Source: Pseudomonadota bacterium
GTDB lineage: Bacteria > Pseudomonadota > Alphaproteobacteria > Sphingomonadales > Sphingomonadaceae
Direction of reading: 5' to 3'
Length of the DNA stretch: 64,000 nt
NCBI GenBank assembly: GCA_039033835.1
Contig: JBCCBW010000019.1
Location: 14,036-78,035, forward strand
The translations under genes were made by a program, and so were the position numbers. Positions 30,961 through 40,129 of the stretch are shown in pieces. A model generated the notes under the pieces. That model made no database searches, was not told where the DNA came from, and saw nothing but the letters and a program-made list of their open reading frames with translations. The stretch's first letter is position 1. Every line of letters begins with the position of its first letter.

Positions 30961-31341
30961 TCACGCAGCGAGGCCGGGCAGGTCGACCATCGCAGCGCGG
31001 CATTCGGCATCGGCAAGCGCGGCCACAACCGAAAGCGCGACATAGCCCGGCTCACCAATTGCTTCGATCACTTGAGCCGCCTCGGCATCTGTGATCGCGG
31101 TATGCTCGAACGGCATATGGCGGGCATAGGAGACACAGATTTGCGTGGCTTCATCATCCGACAACTCGGGCGCGGCGCCATCGCCCGGAGCGCCATCAAG
31201 GCCGTGAACCTGCGCGACTGCATGCCGTACTTGGCCGGTCAACTCTTCTCCCAGCGCTTCATGCGCAGCGTTGCGGAACGCTGTGTATTGCTCTGCGAAT
31301 GCCGGATTGCCGGATACGGCCTGCGCGACGGGGCCGTTCAT
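30961..31341 (-). CDS. AhpD/CMD-like fold protein lacking CxxC
   Basis: ITDAEAAQVIEAIGEPGYVAL resembles AhpD-like C-terminal helices; coupled (ATGA) to the upstream CMD gene. Confidence 0.55.
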   Translation of the reverse strand: MNGPVAQAVSGNPAFAEQYTAFRNAAHEALGEELTGQVRHAVAQVHGLDGAPGDGAAPELSDDEATQICVSYARHMPFEHTAITDAEAAQVIEAIGEPGYVALSVVAALADAECRAAMVDLPGLAA

Positions 31342-31877
31342 TCTGCCGCCTCCCGCTGAGTCGGTGCGGGTGTCGGCAGGACGGTGCGCTCCATCACCTC
31401 CGGCTCCAGCCCCATCGTGATCAGCGCCTTCGCCAGCGCGAGGAACAATGTGATCCCCATGCCAAGCTCGGCAATCTGCTCGGGGCTCAAGTGCTTCTGC
31501 AACGCCGCGCGCGCATCGCTTGTCAGTAAGTCGGGATCGAAGATCAGCGCATCGGTGAATTTCAGTACCGCTTTCTCCGCATCGGTCAGCTTGTCGGATG
31601 TCTCATATCCATCGGTAATGTCATCGACGATCGCCTCATTCAGCCCCTCGCCAACCGCCTTGTCGAACCGCACGTTGCGGCAGAACCCGCACTCGGTGAC
31701 ACGGGCATTGCGCATCCGCGCCACTTCCTTGAGCCGGGCGGACAAGACGTCGGAATCCCAGAATGTGCCATACAGCTCCATGAACCGGGTCGCGAGGTCC
31801 GGGTGGTGTGCCAGCACCGAACCGAGATGCGCTGGCTCGCCGGGGATCGCGGAGGATACGCGCGGGGTCGTCGACAT
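31338..31877 (-). CDS. carboxymuconolactone decarboxylase/AhpD family protein
   Basis: RLKEVARMRNARVTECGFC (CxxC), LTDAEKAVLKFTD. Confidence 0.85.
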   Translation of the reverse strand: MSTTPRVSSAIPGEPAHLGSVLAHHPDLATRFMELYGTFWDSDVLSARLKEVARMRNARVTECGFCRNVRFDKAVGEGLNEAIVDDITDGYETSDKLTDAEKAVLKFTDALIFDPDLLTSDARAALQKHLSPEQIAELGMGITLFLALAKALITMGLEPEVMERTVLPTPAPTQREAAE

Positions 31878-31998
31878 AAGTCTCTACTCCTGTGCCGGAC
31901 AGGATAGCTGAAAGCGCCCGAACCCAAGCCTCGTGATTTTCGCAGGGGAGCTCCGCGCGCTGCTCGTGGCATTGTCTGCGCAATTGAGGAGATGCAAA

Positions 31999-32367
31999 AT
32001 GCAGGGCGAAGCGCAAAGAGTGATCGAGCAATTCTGGGCTATTCAGGATGAGGGTGACTACACCAAGCTCGCGCCGTTATTCGCCGAGGATGCGTTGCTA
32101 GAAGACCCGATCTGGGGCCGATATGAGGGGCGCGAGGCGATCCTTGGCTTCATGACGACGATGGTCGCCGAAATGGGCGAACGGAAGATCAAATTCACCG
32201 TCGATGAGATTTGCGGTGACGATCATGCTGTCTGGGCGCGCTGGACCATGCATATAGGAGATGGGCACTCCCCCGAAGGCGCACGCGGCGGTGTCGGCAT
32301 CTACAAGGTCGCGAATGGCCAGCTGACCTATTATCGCGACTATATGGACCCGCCTGCCGAAGACTAA
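31999..32367 (+). CDS. NTF2/SnoaL-like protein (SnoaL_2 type)
   Basis: LFAEDALLEDP, GREAI, YYRDYMD; GAGGAG RBS before ATG 31999. Confidence 0.82.
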   Translation: MQGEAQRVIEQFWAIQDEGDYTKLAPLFAEDALLEDPIWGRYEGREAILGFMTTMVAEMGERKIKFTVDEICGDDHAVWARWTMHIGDGHSPEGARGGVGIYKVANGQLTYYRDYMDPPAED

Positions 32368-32888
32368 AGCTTGCGATACTTCGGATGCCCACCCTTATGG
32401 ATCTTGAGGGTCGGCAGCGGGAGTTCAGGGTCCGGATCGAACATCGGCTGGTTCGCAAGCGGGCTCTTCCAATCGAGAATGTAGGTGCGCGCCGAAATGC
32501 GCCACTCTGGCCCATTGTCACCGGCGCGCTTTTCCCACTCGTCGAGATAACGCCCACCGATCAGATCGCCAGCTATACTACCGTCCTCCTGCGTTCGCCC
32601 ACCGCCGAAAACCCCGTAGCATTCGCTGCTGGCGCTGGTAGGTGAGTGAAACCGGATCAGCGGCTGCGAAAGCAGGTGCCAGCGCCGGGCCAGATTGCTC
32701 TCGGTTTCCATTACCACCGGCAGGAAATCCTCGGCACGGCCCGTGAAGAACCCATATTCGATATGGGCATCCGGCCAGTAACAGCTCGCCTGCCCTTCTG
32801 CATCGAGCCAGTCGAGCGTGCGGCAGTATCGCTGGATCACCTCGCCGATCGCCTGCTTGTCGAGCAATTCCTGAAGTGCCGGCTCCAT
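32364..32888 (-). CDS. NTF2/SnoaL-like protein (SnoaL_4 type)
   Basis: LLDKQAIGEVIQRYCRTLD, GGRYLDEWEKR...WRISAR; start at ATG 32888. Confidence 0.85.
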   Translation of the reverse strand: MEPALQELLDKQAIGEVIQRYCRTLDWLDAEGQASCYWPDAHIEYGFFTGRAEDFLPVVMETESNLARRWHLLSQPLIRFHSPTSASSECYGVFGGGRTQEDGSIAGDLIGGRYLDEWEKRAGDNGPEWRISARTYILDWKSPLANQPMFDPDPELPLPTLKIHKGGHPKYRKL

Positions 32889-32977
32889 GATCGCGCCCTC
32901 CCCATTCCGCCAATTGTGCATGCGCCATATCGCGGTGATCCTGTGCCAAAGACCATAGGCAAATTCGGGAGTGAGAC

Positions 32978-34255
32978 ATGGCGACAGCCGCCAATGACGA
33001 TCTGAACATCAATCTGTTCGATCCCGATCTCCAGCAATGCCCCTATGACGCCTATAAAAAGCTGCGCGACGAGGCACCCGCCTACAACATTCCGGGCACC
33101 GATATGTATGTCGTCAGCCGCTACGATCATGTGCGCGAAGTGTTGATGGACCCGGAGCGCTTTCCAAGCTCCTCAGCCGACACGCCCTTCCGCGCCAGTG
33201 CCGGAAATATCGAACGCGGGGAGATGGTAGCAGCCCGCTTTGAGGAAAAGGGATGGGTGCCCGCCCCAACGCTCAACGGCCGCGATGATCCCAACCACAA
33301 ACAGATGCGTGCGATGTTCAACCAGGCGTTCAAACCGAGCCGGATCAAGGAGATCGATCCGCTGGTCGAGACCCTCGCCTATGACCTGATCGACGGCTTT
33401 ATCGAAGACGGTCGCTGCGAATGGGTGAAGCAATTCTGCGTGCCCCTGCCGCTGTTCATCATCGGCGAGCAGATGGGAGCCAAGCGCGAGGATATCTGGA
33501 GGATCAAGCGCTGGACCGAGGCATTTTTCCAGCGCATCTCGCTGATGCTGCCCGAAGACCAGCATATGGAGATGGTCGACCGCGAGATCGAGGCGCAGCA
33601 ATACTTCCAGCCAATCTTTGAAAGGCTGCGCGCCAATCCCGATGACAGCCTGATCAGCGTGCTGGTCAACACCGTGATCGAGGAATGGGGCCGCCCGCTG
33701 ACCGACAACGAGCTTCACGCCGAGATGATGGCGGATACGTTTGTTGGCGGCAGCGAGACGACCACCAACGCGCTGGCGGCAGGGATGAAGCTGCTGATCG
33801 AGAACAAGGATGTGTGGCACCAGCTCAAATCCGATCCTGACAAATATATGCGGACCTTCGTGGAGGAAGTGGTGCGGCTGGAAAGCCCGGTGCAATCGCT
33901 GATGCGGTTCGTAAAGGACGATACCGAGCTGGCCGGAGTGACAATCCCGGCGGGCGCCATGATCAACATCCGCTTTGCCGCCGCCAATCGCGATGAACGC
34001 GCGTTCGAATGCCCCGAAAAGCTCGATCTCGACCGGCCCAAAGCGGGCAGTCACATGGGTTTTGGATCAGGGACGCATCACTGCCTTGGCGCACCGCTCG
34101 CCCGGCGCGAATTGATCTGGGGCTTTACCGCCGTGGTCGACCGGTTCGAGGATATGTGGTTCGCCGAAGGGAAGAACGACTTCACCTATCACCCGCATTT
34201 CCTGCTGCGCAGCTTGAAGGAACTGCACATCGAGTTTGAGGCTAGGAAAGACTGA
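32978..34255 (+). CDS. cytochrome P450 (1)
   Basis: GGSETTT I-helix, EEVVR ExxR, FGSGTHHCLG heme motif. Confidence 0.97.
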   Translation: MATAANDDLNINLFDPDLQQCPYDAYKKLRDEAPAYNIPGTDMYVVSRYDHVREVLMDPERFPSSSADTPFRASAGNIERGEMVAARFEEKGWVPAPTLNGRDDPNHKQMRAMFNQAFKPSRIKEIDPLVETLAYDLIDGFIEDGRCEWVKQFCVPLPLFIIGEQMGAKREDIWRIKRWTEAFFQRISLMLPEDQHMEMVDREIEAQQYFQPIFERLRANPDDSLISVLVNTVIEEWGRPLTDNELHAEMMADTFVGGSETTTNALAAGMKLLIENKDVWHQLKSDPDKYMRTFVEEVVRLESPVQSLMRFVKDDTELAGVTIPAGAMINIRFAAANRDERAFECPEKLDLDRPKAGSHMGFGSGTHHCLGAPLARRELIWGFTAVVDRFEDMWFAEGKNDFTYHPHFLLRSLKELHIEFEARKD

Positions 34256-34268
34256 TTTCGTTCTATCA

Positions 34269-35898
34269 TCAGATATTCGCCCGCGCCGCAGTACGCCCTG
34301 CGATGTATCCAAAGGCCAGCGCCGGGCCGAGCGTACCACCTGCGCCTGCATAAATCCCGCCCGTTGGACAGGCGATGGCATTGCCCGCACCGTACAACCC
34401 GGCAATCGGCTCATCATTGTGGCCGAGGATGCGCGCCTGCCCGTCAGTCCGCGCGCCGCCATTAGTGCCGAGCAGGCCCATGCGGATTTCGACCGCGTAG
34501 AACGGTGCGCGCTCGACCTTACCCAATGTGACGGCGGTCCCTTCGCGCGAGCGGTCTCCGTAGAAATGATCGTAGGCGCTGGTGCCGCGGTCGAAATCGG
34601 GATCGTGCCCTGCCTCGGCATGAGCGTTGAACCGCGCGACATTTGCCGACAAAGCCCCGCATGGAACACCGATCGCATCTGCCAGTTCGACCAGCGTTTC
34701 TGCCCGCGTAACCCAGTCAGGCACTGGTTGCCCCCGGCAGGCGCGGGCCAATCGGATAGCGCTCGACATAATCGGCGTCGAACACCAGCCATGCAGGCAG
34801 GTTCGGATAGTCGTAGGTCTGCGGATCGAACTGGTGGAAAGCGCCTGCCAGCGCCGAGTAATTCGCCGCCTCGTTGCAGAACCGCTCTCCCTTGCGATTG
34901 ACCATCAGCGAATGCGGCACGGTCCGCTCGATCAGCACCGGCACGGCGCGTTGCTCGCCATCGGGCCAGGGCGCATCAGGCACGACCAGCGTCGGTGCCC
35001 ACCAGCCTTGCGTCATGTTGCCGAGTTTTGCGCCGCTCGCCATCGCCAGCGCCAGCCCCTCGCCGCGCGCGGTCGGCGGACTGGCTGGTGCATCCATCGG
35101 ACCGCGCAGGAAGGTCTGGCGTTTGTCCTCGTCCCACTCGAACCCACCGGTTGCGATGATAACACCGTTGCGAGCATTGAGCTGAAAAGGCTCGCTATCG
35201 CGCGTGCCATCAATCCCGGAGACGCGATCCGCGTCCTTCACCAATTGCTTCGTCTCGACATTCAGGATCGGCTCGATCCCACGATCCAGACAGGCTTGCA
35301 GCAGCCGCCCGATCATCGCCTGCCCGAAGCCACGTTCATTATTGGCCATGCGCCGCTGCAATTCCTCTGGCGGCACGATGCCGCTGCCTCCGCCCAAGGG
35401 CGTCTCGCGCAGCATCATCGGCTTGGGTTCTTCGATCGCGGTGATGCGCCCTGCCCATTCCTTCAACTGACCCAAAGCAAACAGATCATGATCGAGCGCC
35501 CGCCCGCCTTCGGGTTTCGCGCCGGGTCGGTCGAGATAATAGTCGGGGTAGCCATCGAGCAGCGCGACCTTCAGCGCTCCGGCACCCTCGAGGAAGGCCA
35601 GCGCCTCCGGGCCAACGTCGACAAAGGCCTCCAATGTCTCATCGACCAGATCGCCGTGGCCGAGGCTGTGGAAATAGGCGAGCGCCTCTTCGCGGCTATC
35701 CGTCATTCCTGTGGCACGCTGGCGCGGATTGTCGGGCACCCAGATTACTCCGCCGGAGATAGCCCCCGTACCGCCGATCCGGTCGAAGCGTTCGACCAAC
35801 GCGACGCTTGCCCCGGCTTCATGCGCGGCCAAGGCTGCGGTCATCCCCGCAGGTCCGCATCCCAAGACGATAACATCTACTTCGTTCATACTTGTCAT
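34269..35898 (-). pseudogene. FAD-dependent oxidoreductase, 3-ketosteroid delta1-dehydrogenase (KstD)-like; frameshifted
   Basis: two ORFs (34717..35925 and 34269..34769) are the N- and C-terminal parts of one protein: GCGPAG FAD motif, GGVIWVPDNP, YPDYY, NRKGERFCNEA, then PFYAVEI, GTNGG, GLYGAGN, YAGAGGTLGPA; removing one C from C5 at 34731-34735 restores a 542-aa frame. Confidence 0.88.
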
Positions 35899-35992
35899 AA
35901 GGACGCGCATGATGGCGGCGGGCAATTGCCCATTTTGGCAAGGTGCACTCCGCGGCGCGTATCGCTAGGCAAGCATTAAAGGGAGACAGGCC

Positions 35993-36781
35993 ATGAAACT
36001 CGAAGGAAAAGTCGCAGCCATCACCGGGGGCACCGCAGGGCTTGGGCGCGGCATTGCCGAGGCGTTTATGGCCGAAGGCGCAAAGGTCGCTCTGTTTGCC
36101 CGTAATGCCGATAAAGGCGCGCGCGTTCTTGACGAGTTGCGGGTCAATCGGCCCGGACGAGACCGGGCGATCTTCGTCGCGGGCGACGTGATGAATCAGG
36201 GAAATGTGGAGGGCTTTATCGACAAAACCATCGATGAATTCGGCACGCTCGACATTCTCGTCAACAATGCGGGCGGCGCAGGCGATCTTCAGCCGATGGT
36301 GGACCTGTCCGACGAAGCCTTCGACGAAGCGATGAAGTGGAACGTCTATTCGACCTTCTGGGCCACGCGCCGCGCGCTGCCCGAAATGCTCAAAAAAGGC
36401 GATGGGCGAGTGATCAACATGTCATCGATGGAGGGCAAACATGGCAAGCCTGTCTTCACCGCCTACACCGCGGCCAAACATGCGGTGAACGGAATCACCA
36501 AATCACTCGCCCGCGAAGTTGGAGCACAGGGCGTAACGGTCAATTCGATCTGCCCCGGCCTCGTCGTGACCGATATCATCAAGAATAACGGCCCGGCCAC
36601 CGCGAAAGCGATGGGTATGGAGTTCGACGAGATGATCACGATGTTCGCGCAGGAGGCCGCGATCAAGCGACCCAACACGGTCGAGGAAATCGCTGCGGTC
36701 GCGATGCTGCTCGCCAGCAAGGAAGGCGCCGGCATCACTGGCGCAATGATCAGCGTGGATGGCGGGACGGCGCAGTTCTAA
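35993..36781 (+). CDS. classical SDR (3-hydroxybutyrate dehydrogenase-like)
   Basis: TGGTAGLG, NNAG, YTAAKH. Confidence 0.92.
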   Translation: MKLEGKVAAITGGTAGLGRGIAEAFMAEGAKVALFARNADKGARVLDELRVNRPGRDRAIFVAGDVMNQGNVEGFIDKTIDEFGTLDILVNNAGGAGDLQPMVDLSDEAFDEAMKWNVYSTFWATRRALPEMLKKGDGRVINMSSMEGKHGKPVFTAYTAAKHAVNGITKSLAREVGAQGVTVNSICPGLVVTDIIKNNGPATAKAMGMEFDEMITMFAQEAAIKRPNTVEEIAAVAMLLASKEGAGITGAMISVDGGTAQF

Positions 36782-36794
36782 TCTTGGGCGTCAT

Positions 36795-37604
36795 CTATTC
36801 CTGCATCTTCGCCATCGCCGCGCCCACCGCCGCTTCGATATCGGTCGCCTGCGGATTGCCGCGCAAAGTTAGGCCCCCATTGGGCTGGATGTTCTGACCG
36901 GTCACGAACGCATGGTCGGTGCACAGCCACAGGCAGGCATGGGCAACATCCTCGGACGTGTTGAGCCTGCCGAGCGGATAGCGTGGCAGAAACGCATCGA
37001 CCAGACCGGGGGTTGCAAACGCGCCTTCGGTCATCGGGCTTTCGGTGAAGGCCGGTGAGACCGTGTTCGCCTTGATCCCCAGATGCCCGAAATCGTTGGC
37101 GACGCATTCGATCATGGCTTCGCCCGCGCGTTTGGTGCCGATATAGGCCGCGTGGTTGTTGATCAGTGCCTTGGTCGTGGCCGAACTGAGCGAGATGATC
37201 GATCCACCGGTCGGCTGCTGCTCCGACATGACCTTCACAAACGCTTGCAGGAAATGATGCACGCCCTTGAATTGCAGGTCGGTGATCTGATCGAGATCCT
37301 CCTGCGTCGTTTCGAGCAGGCTGGCGAGCAACGCCCACCCGGTACAATTGATCGCTGCATCGACCCGACCGAATTCCGACTTCGCCTTGTCGGCCATGGC
37401 ATGGGCCTGTCCGTGATCGGTGATATCGCATAGCGCGTATTCGCCGCCAATCTCGCTCGCCAGCGCGGCCAGTGGCTCCTCATGGCGTCCGGCGACCATC
37501 ACCTTCGCCCCCTCGCTGGCGAACAGCCTTGCAATGACCTGACCCATGTTACCTGCGCTGGCCGCGCCAAGCACCACTGCACTTTTGCCTTCAAGCTGTC
37601 CCAT
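36795..37604 (-). CDS. SDR family oxidoreductase
   Basis: VLGAASAGNMG variant glycine motif, YIGTK. Confidence 0.88.
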   Translation of the reverse strand: MGQLEGKSAVVLGAASAGNMGQVIARLFASEGAKVMVAGRHEEPLAALASEIGGEYALCDITDHGQAHAMADKAKSEFGRVDAAINCTGWALLASLLETTQEDLDQITDLQFKGVHHFLQAFVKVMSEQQPTGGSIISLSSATTKALINNHAAYIGTKRAGEAMIECVANDFGHLGIKANTVSPAFTESPMTEGAFATPGLVDAFLPRYPLGRLNTSEDVAHACLWLCTDHAFVTGQNIQPNGGLTLRGNPQATDIEAAVGAAMAKMQE

Positions 37605-37729
37605 GACGTCTCCTGTGTTGGCAAGGATCTATCACGAGGAGCGCACCCTCCACCCTTCCCAAAAGTGTCCATTGTCCGCACCTGCGCGCCGAACGATAGC
37701 CGCAGCATATCTATCAGGAGAGGAAGGCC

Positions 37730-38149
37730 ATGTTCACAGGACCAATGGAGGATCGTCTCGCGATCCGCGAGTTGCATGAGGTCTATGGCGATGGTGTCGT
37801 GCGCTTCGATGCCGACACATGGGGATCGGTCTGGGCAGACGATGCGGATTGGGACTTCATGGGGATGAACCTGAAAGGCCGCGAGGTGATTGTGCAGACG
37901 TGGCTGGGCGCGATGTCGAACTTCGACGCCGTCAGCTTCAGTTGCGTCCCCGCATCCATTGAAGTCGATGGCGACAAAGCCACTTCGCAGGTCCAGACGC
38001 AGGAAGTGCTCAAGGGCAAGGACGGATCGACCCGGATGATCGGCGGGCTCTACACCGATGAGCTGGAAAAGCGTGACGGCGCGTGGGTTTACACCAAGCG
38101 CGCGTTTCAGATTGTTGCGGAATACAACCCTGCAGAGGAGACCGCCTAA
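37730..38149 (+). CDS. NTF2/SnoaL-like protein (SnoaL_4 type)
   Basis: EDRLAIREL, GLYTDELEKRDGAWVYTKR. Confidence 0.85.
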   Translation: MFTGPMEDRLAIRELHEVYGDGVVRFDADTWGSVWADDADWDFMGMNLKGREVIVQTWLGAMSNFDAVSFSCVPASIEVDGDKATSQVQTQEVLKGKDGSTRMIGGLYTDELEKRDGAWVYTKRAFQIVAEYNPAEETA

Positions 38150-38490
38150 TGGCCAAGATCGTCATTGCCGCCCAGATCGATCTCGATCCCGCGCAACGCG
38201 CCGAGGCGCTCATCAGCGCCAAGCCACACATCGATGCCGCGCTCGCTCAGGATGGCTGCATTGCCTATGACTGGAGCGCCTGCGGCCAGACCCCGGGACG
38301 CGTCAACGTGTTCGAGGAATGGGAAAGCGAAGAGGCGCTCGCGCATCATTTCGCCAATGCGGCCTATGCCGGGATGCGCGACCATATCGGGCAGTTTGGC
38401 CTGACCGGCGCGGCAAGCAAGAAGTACCGCGTCGATGCGGAGGGCCCGGTTTACAACGCCGAGGGGCAGGCCACCGAGGCGTTTGATTGA
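38149..38490 (+). CDS. antibiotic biosynthesis monooxygenase (ABM)/quinol monooxygenase-like protein
   Basis: QDGCIAYDWS, VFEEWESEEALAHHF; TAATG coupling to the upstream gene. Confidence 0.85.
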   Translation: MAKIVIAAQIDLDPAQRAEALISAKPHIDAALAQDGCIAYDWSACGQTPGRVNVFEEWESEEALAHHFANAAYAGMRDHIGQFGLTGAASKKYRVDAEGPVYNAEGQATEAFD

Positions 38491-38996
38491 GACTTTTGGG
38501 GGCTATCCTCGCTGGTGGACAGGCGCGCCGTTTCGGCAGTGACAAGGCGCATGCGCTCTTCGACGGAAATCGGCTGATCGATCGGGTGGCTGATGCACTG
38601 GGGACGCAAACCACCGCGCTGATTGTGTGCGGTCGGGAGGAGCCGGGGTTCGGATGCGTACCAGATCAACCGGAGGCCGGGATCGGCCCTCTGGGAGGGC
38701 TGAACGCCGCCCTCGGCTTCGCGGAAACGCATGGCTTCACCCATGTCCTCTCCGCCGGAGTGGACGCGCCGAACATCCCATCCGACCTTGCCAAACAGCT
38801 GACGGGCGAAGGTCCGGCGATCGTGGCCAGCCAGCCGGTTGTCGGTCTCTGGCCGGTAACGGTGGCAGCTGACCTTGTGGAGTTTATCGAGGGTGGCGGG
38901 CGATCGTTGTACCGGTTTGCCGATCATGTGAGCGCGCGGCGGATCGAAATCGACCCGCCGCTCCTCAATGTGAACAAGCCTGAAGATTTGTCCTAA
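38487..38996 (+). CDS. mobA: molybdenum cofactor guanylyltransferase
   Basis: ILAGGQARRFGSDKA, GPLGG, NVNKPED; TTG start overlapping the upstream stop. Confidence 0.88.
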   Translation: MRLLGAILAGGQARRFGSDKAHALFDGNRLIDRVADALGTQTTALIVCGREEPGFGCVPDQPEAGIGPLGGLNAALGFAETHGFTHVLSAGVDAPNIPSDLAKQLTGEGPAIVASQPVVGLWPVTVAADLVEFIEGGGRSLYRFADHVSARRIEIDPPLLNVNKPEDLS

Positions 38997-39994
38997 AGCT
39001 TGAGCATCTGCTTTCCACGGTTCTTCCCGACGAAAAGCCGCTTCAATGTCTCGGGAGCATTTTCGAAACCCTCCTGAATATCCTCCTGATAGTTCAGACG
39101 ACCATCCTGCACGAAGCCCTCAAGCCGCTTGCGGATTGCGGGAAATTCCGGTGCCCAGTCGAGCACGATGAAACCCGCCATGCTCGCCCGGCGGAAGATC
39201 AAGTTGAAGTAATTGCCCGGTCCGCTTGGCAGGCCGCCGGATTCATAACGGCTGATCCCGCCGCAGATCACCACCCGAGCATTCGTGGCGATATTGGCGA
39301 GCATATCATCCAGGATCGTGCCGCCGACATTGTCGTAGATCACGTCCACCCCGCGCGGGCAGTGCTGCTTGATCTGCTCCTTCACGCCGCCCGCTTTGTA
39401 ATCGATGGCGGCGTCGTATCCGGCCTCTTCGACCAGCCACTTGCACTTTTCCGGTCCGCCAGCGATCCCGACGGCTCGACATCCGGCGATCTTCGCCAGC
39501 TGACCGACCACCGATCCGGTCGCTCCTGCTGCGCCGGACACCAGCACCGTATCACCCGCGACAGGCTTTCCGACCTTGAACAGCCCGCAATAGGCCGTCA
39601 ATCCAGTGGTCCCGAGCACCGACAGAACGGCGGTGGGCGAAAGTGCGGTATCGACCTTGGTCAGCCCTTCGCCATTATGCACCAGATGCTCGGTCCATCC
39701 GGTCGTGCCGAACACCATGTCACCAACGGCGAATTTGCCACCCTTCGAGACGACAACCTCTGCGATCCCGCTGCCACGCATAACATCGCCGATTGCCATG
39801 GGAGCGACATAGTCGGCGATGTTCTCCATCCAGCCCTTCTGCGCCGGGTCGAAGCCGAGATAGTGCGTCTTGAGCAGCATCTCGCCCTCGCCCGGATCGG
39901 GCAATTCGGTGTCGACCAGCTTGAAATCGCCATCCTCGATCCCGCGGCCGCGCGGGTGTCCGTTCAAGAGCCATTGGCGGGTGTTGGTCGGCAT
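38993..39994 (-). CDS. NADP-dependent oxidoreductase (MDR, PTGR-like) (2)
   Basis: RQWLLNGHPRG, DPAQKGWM, VSGAAGATG, DNVGG, NRGKQMLKL; real start ATG 39994, not 40669. Confidence 0.92.
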   Translation of the reverse strand: MPTNTRQWLLNGHPRGRGIEDGDFKLVDTELPDPGEGEMLLKTHYLGFDPAQKGWMENIADYVAPMAIGDVMRGSGIAEVVVSKGGKFAVGDMVFGTTGWTEHLVHNGEGLTKVDTALSPTAVLSVLGTTGLTAYCGLFKVGKPVAGDTVLVSGAAGATGSVVGQLAKIAGCRAVGIAGGPEKCKWLVEEAGYDAAIDYKAGGVKEQIKQHCPRGVDVIYDNVGGTILDDMLANIATNARVVICGGISRYESGGLPSGPGNYFNLIFRRASMAGFIVLDWAPEFPAIRKRLEGFVQDGRLNYQEDIQEGFENAPETLKRLFVGKNRGKQMLKL

Positions 39995-40129
39995 CGGGAA
40001 AACTCCTTTGTATCGATGCCCTAATGCGCAGGCATGCGCGGTCGCTCCACGGACAAAAGTGCCAGTCGGTAAAAGTATCAGTCGCTGCCCTTGGCGTCTC
40101 TGGTATCTTCCCCTCAGAGGAGAAACCCG

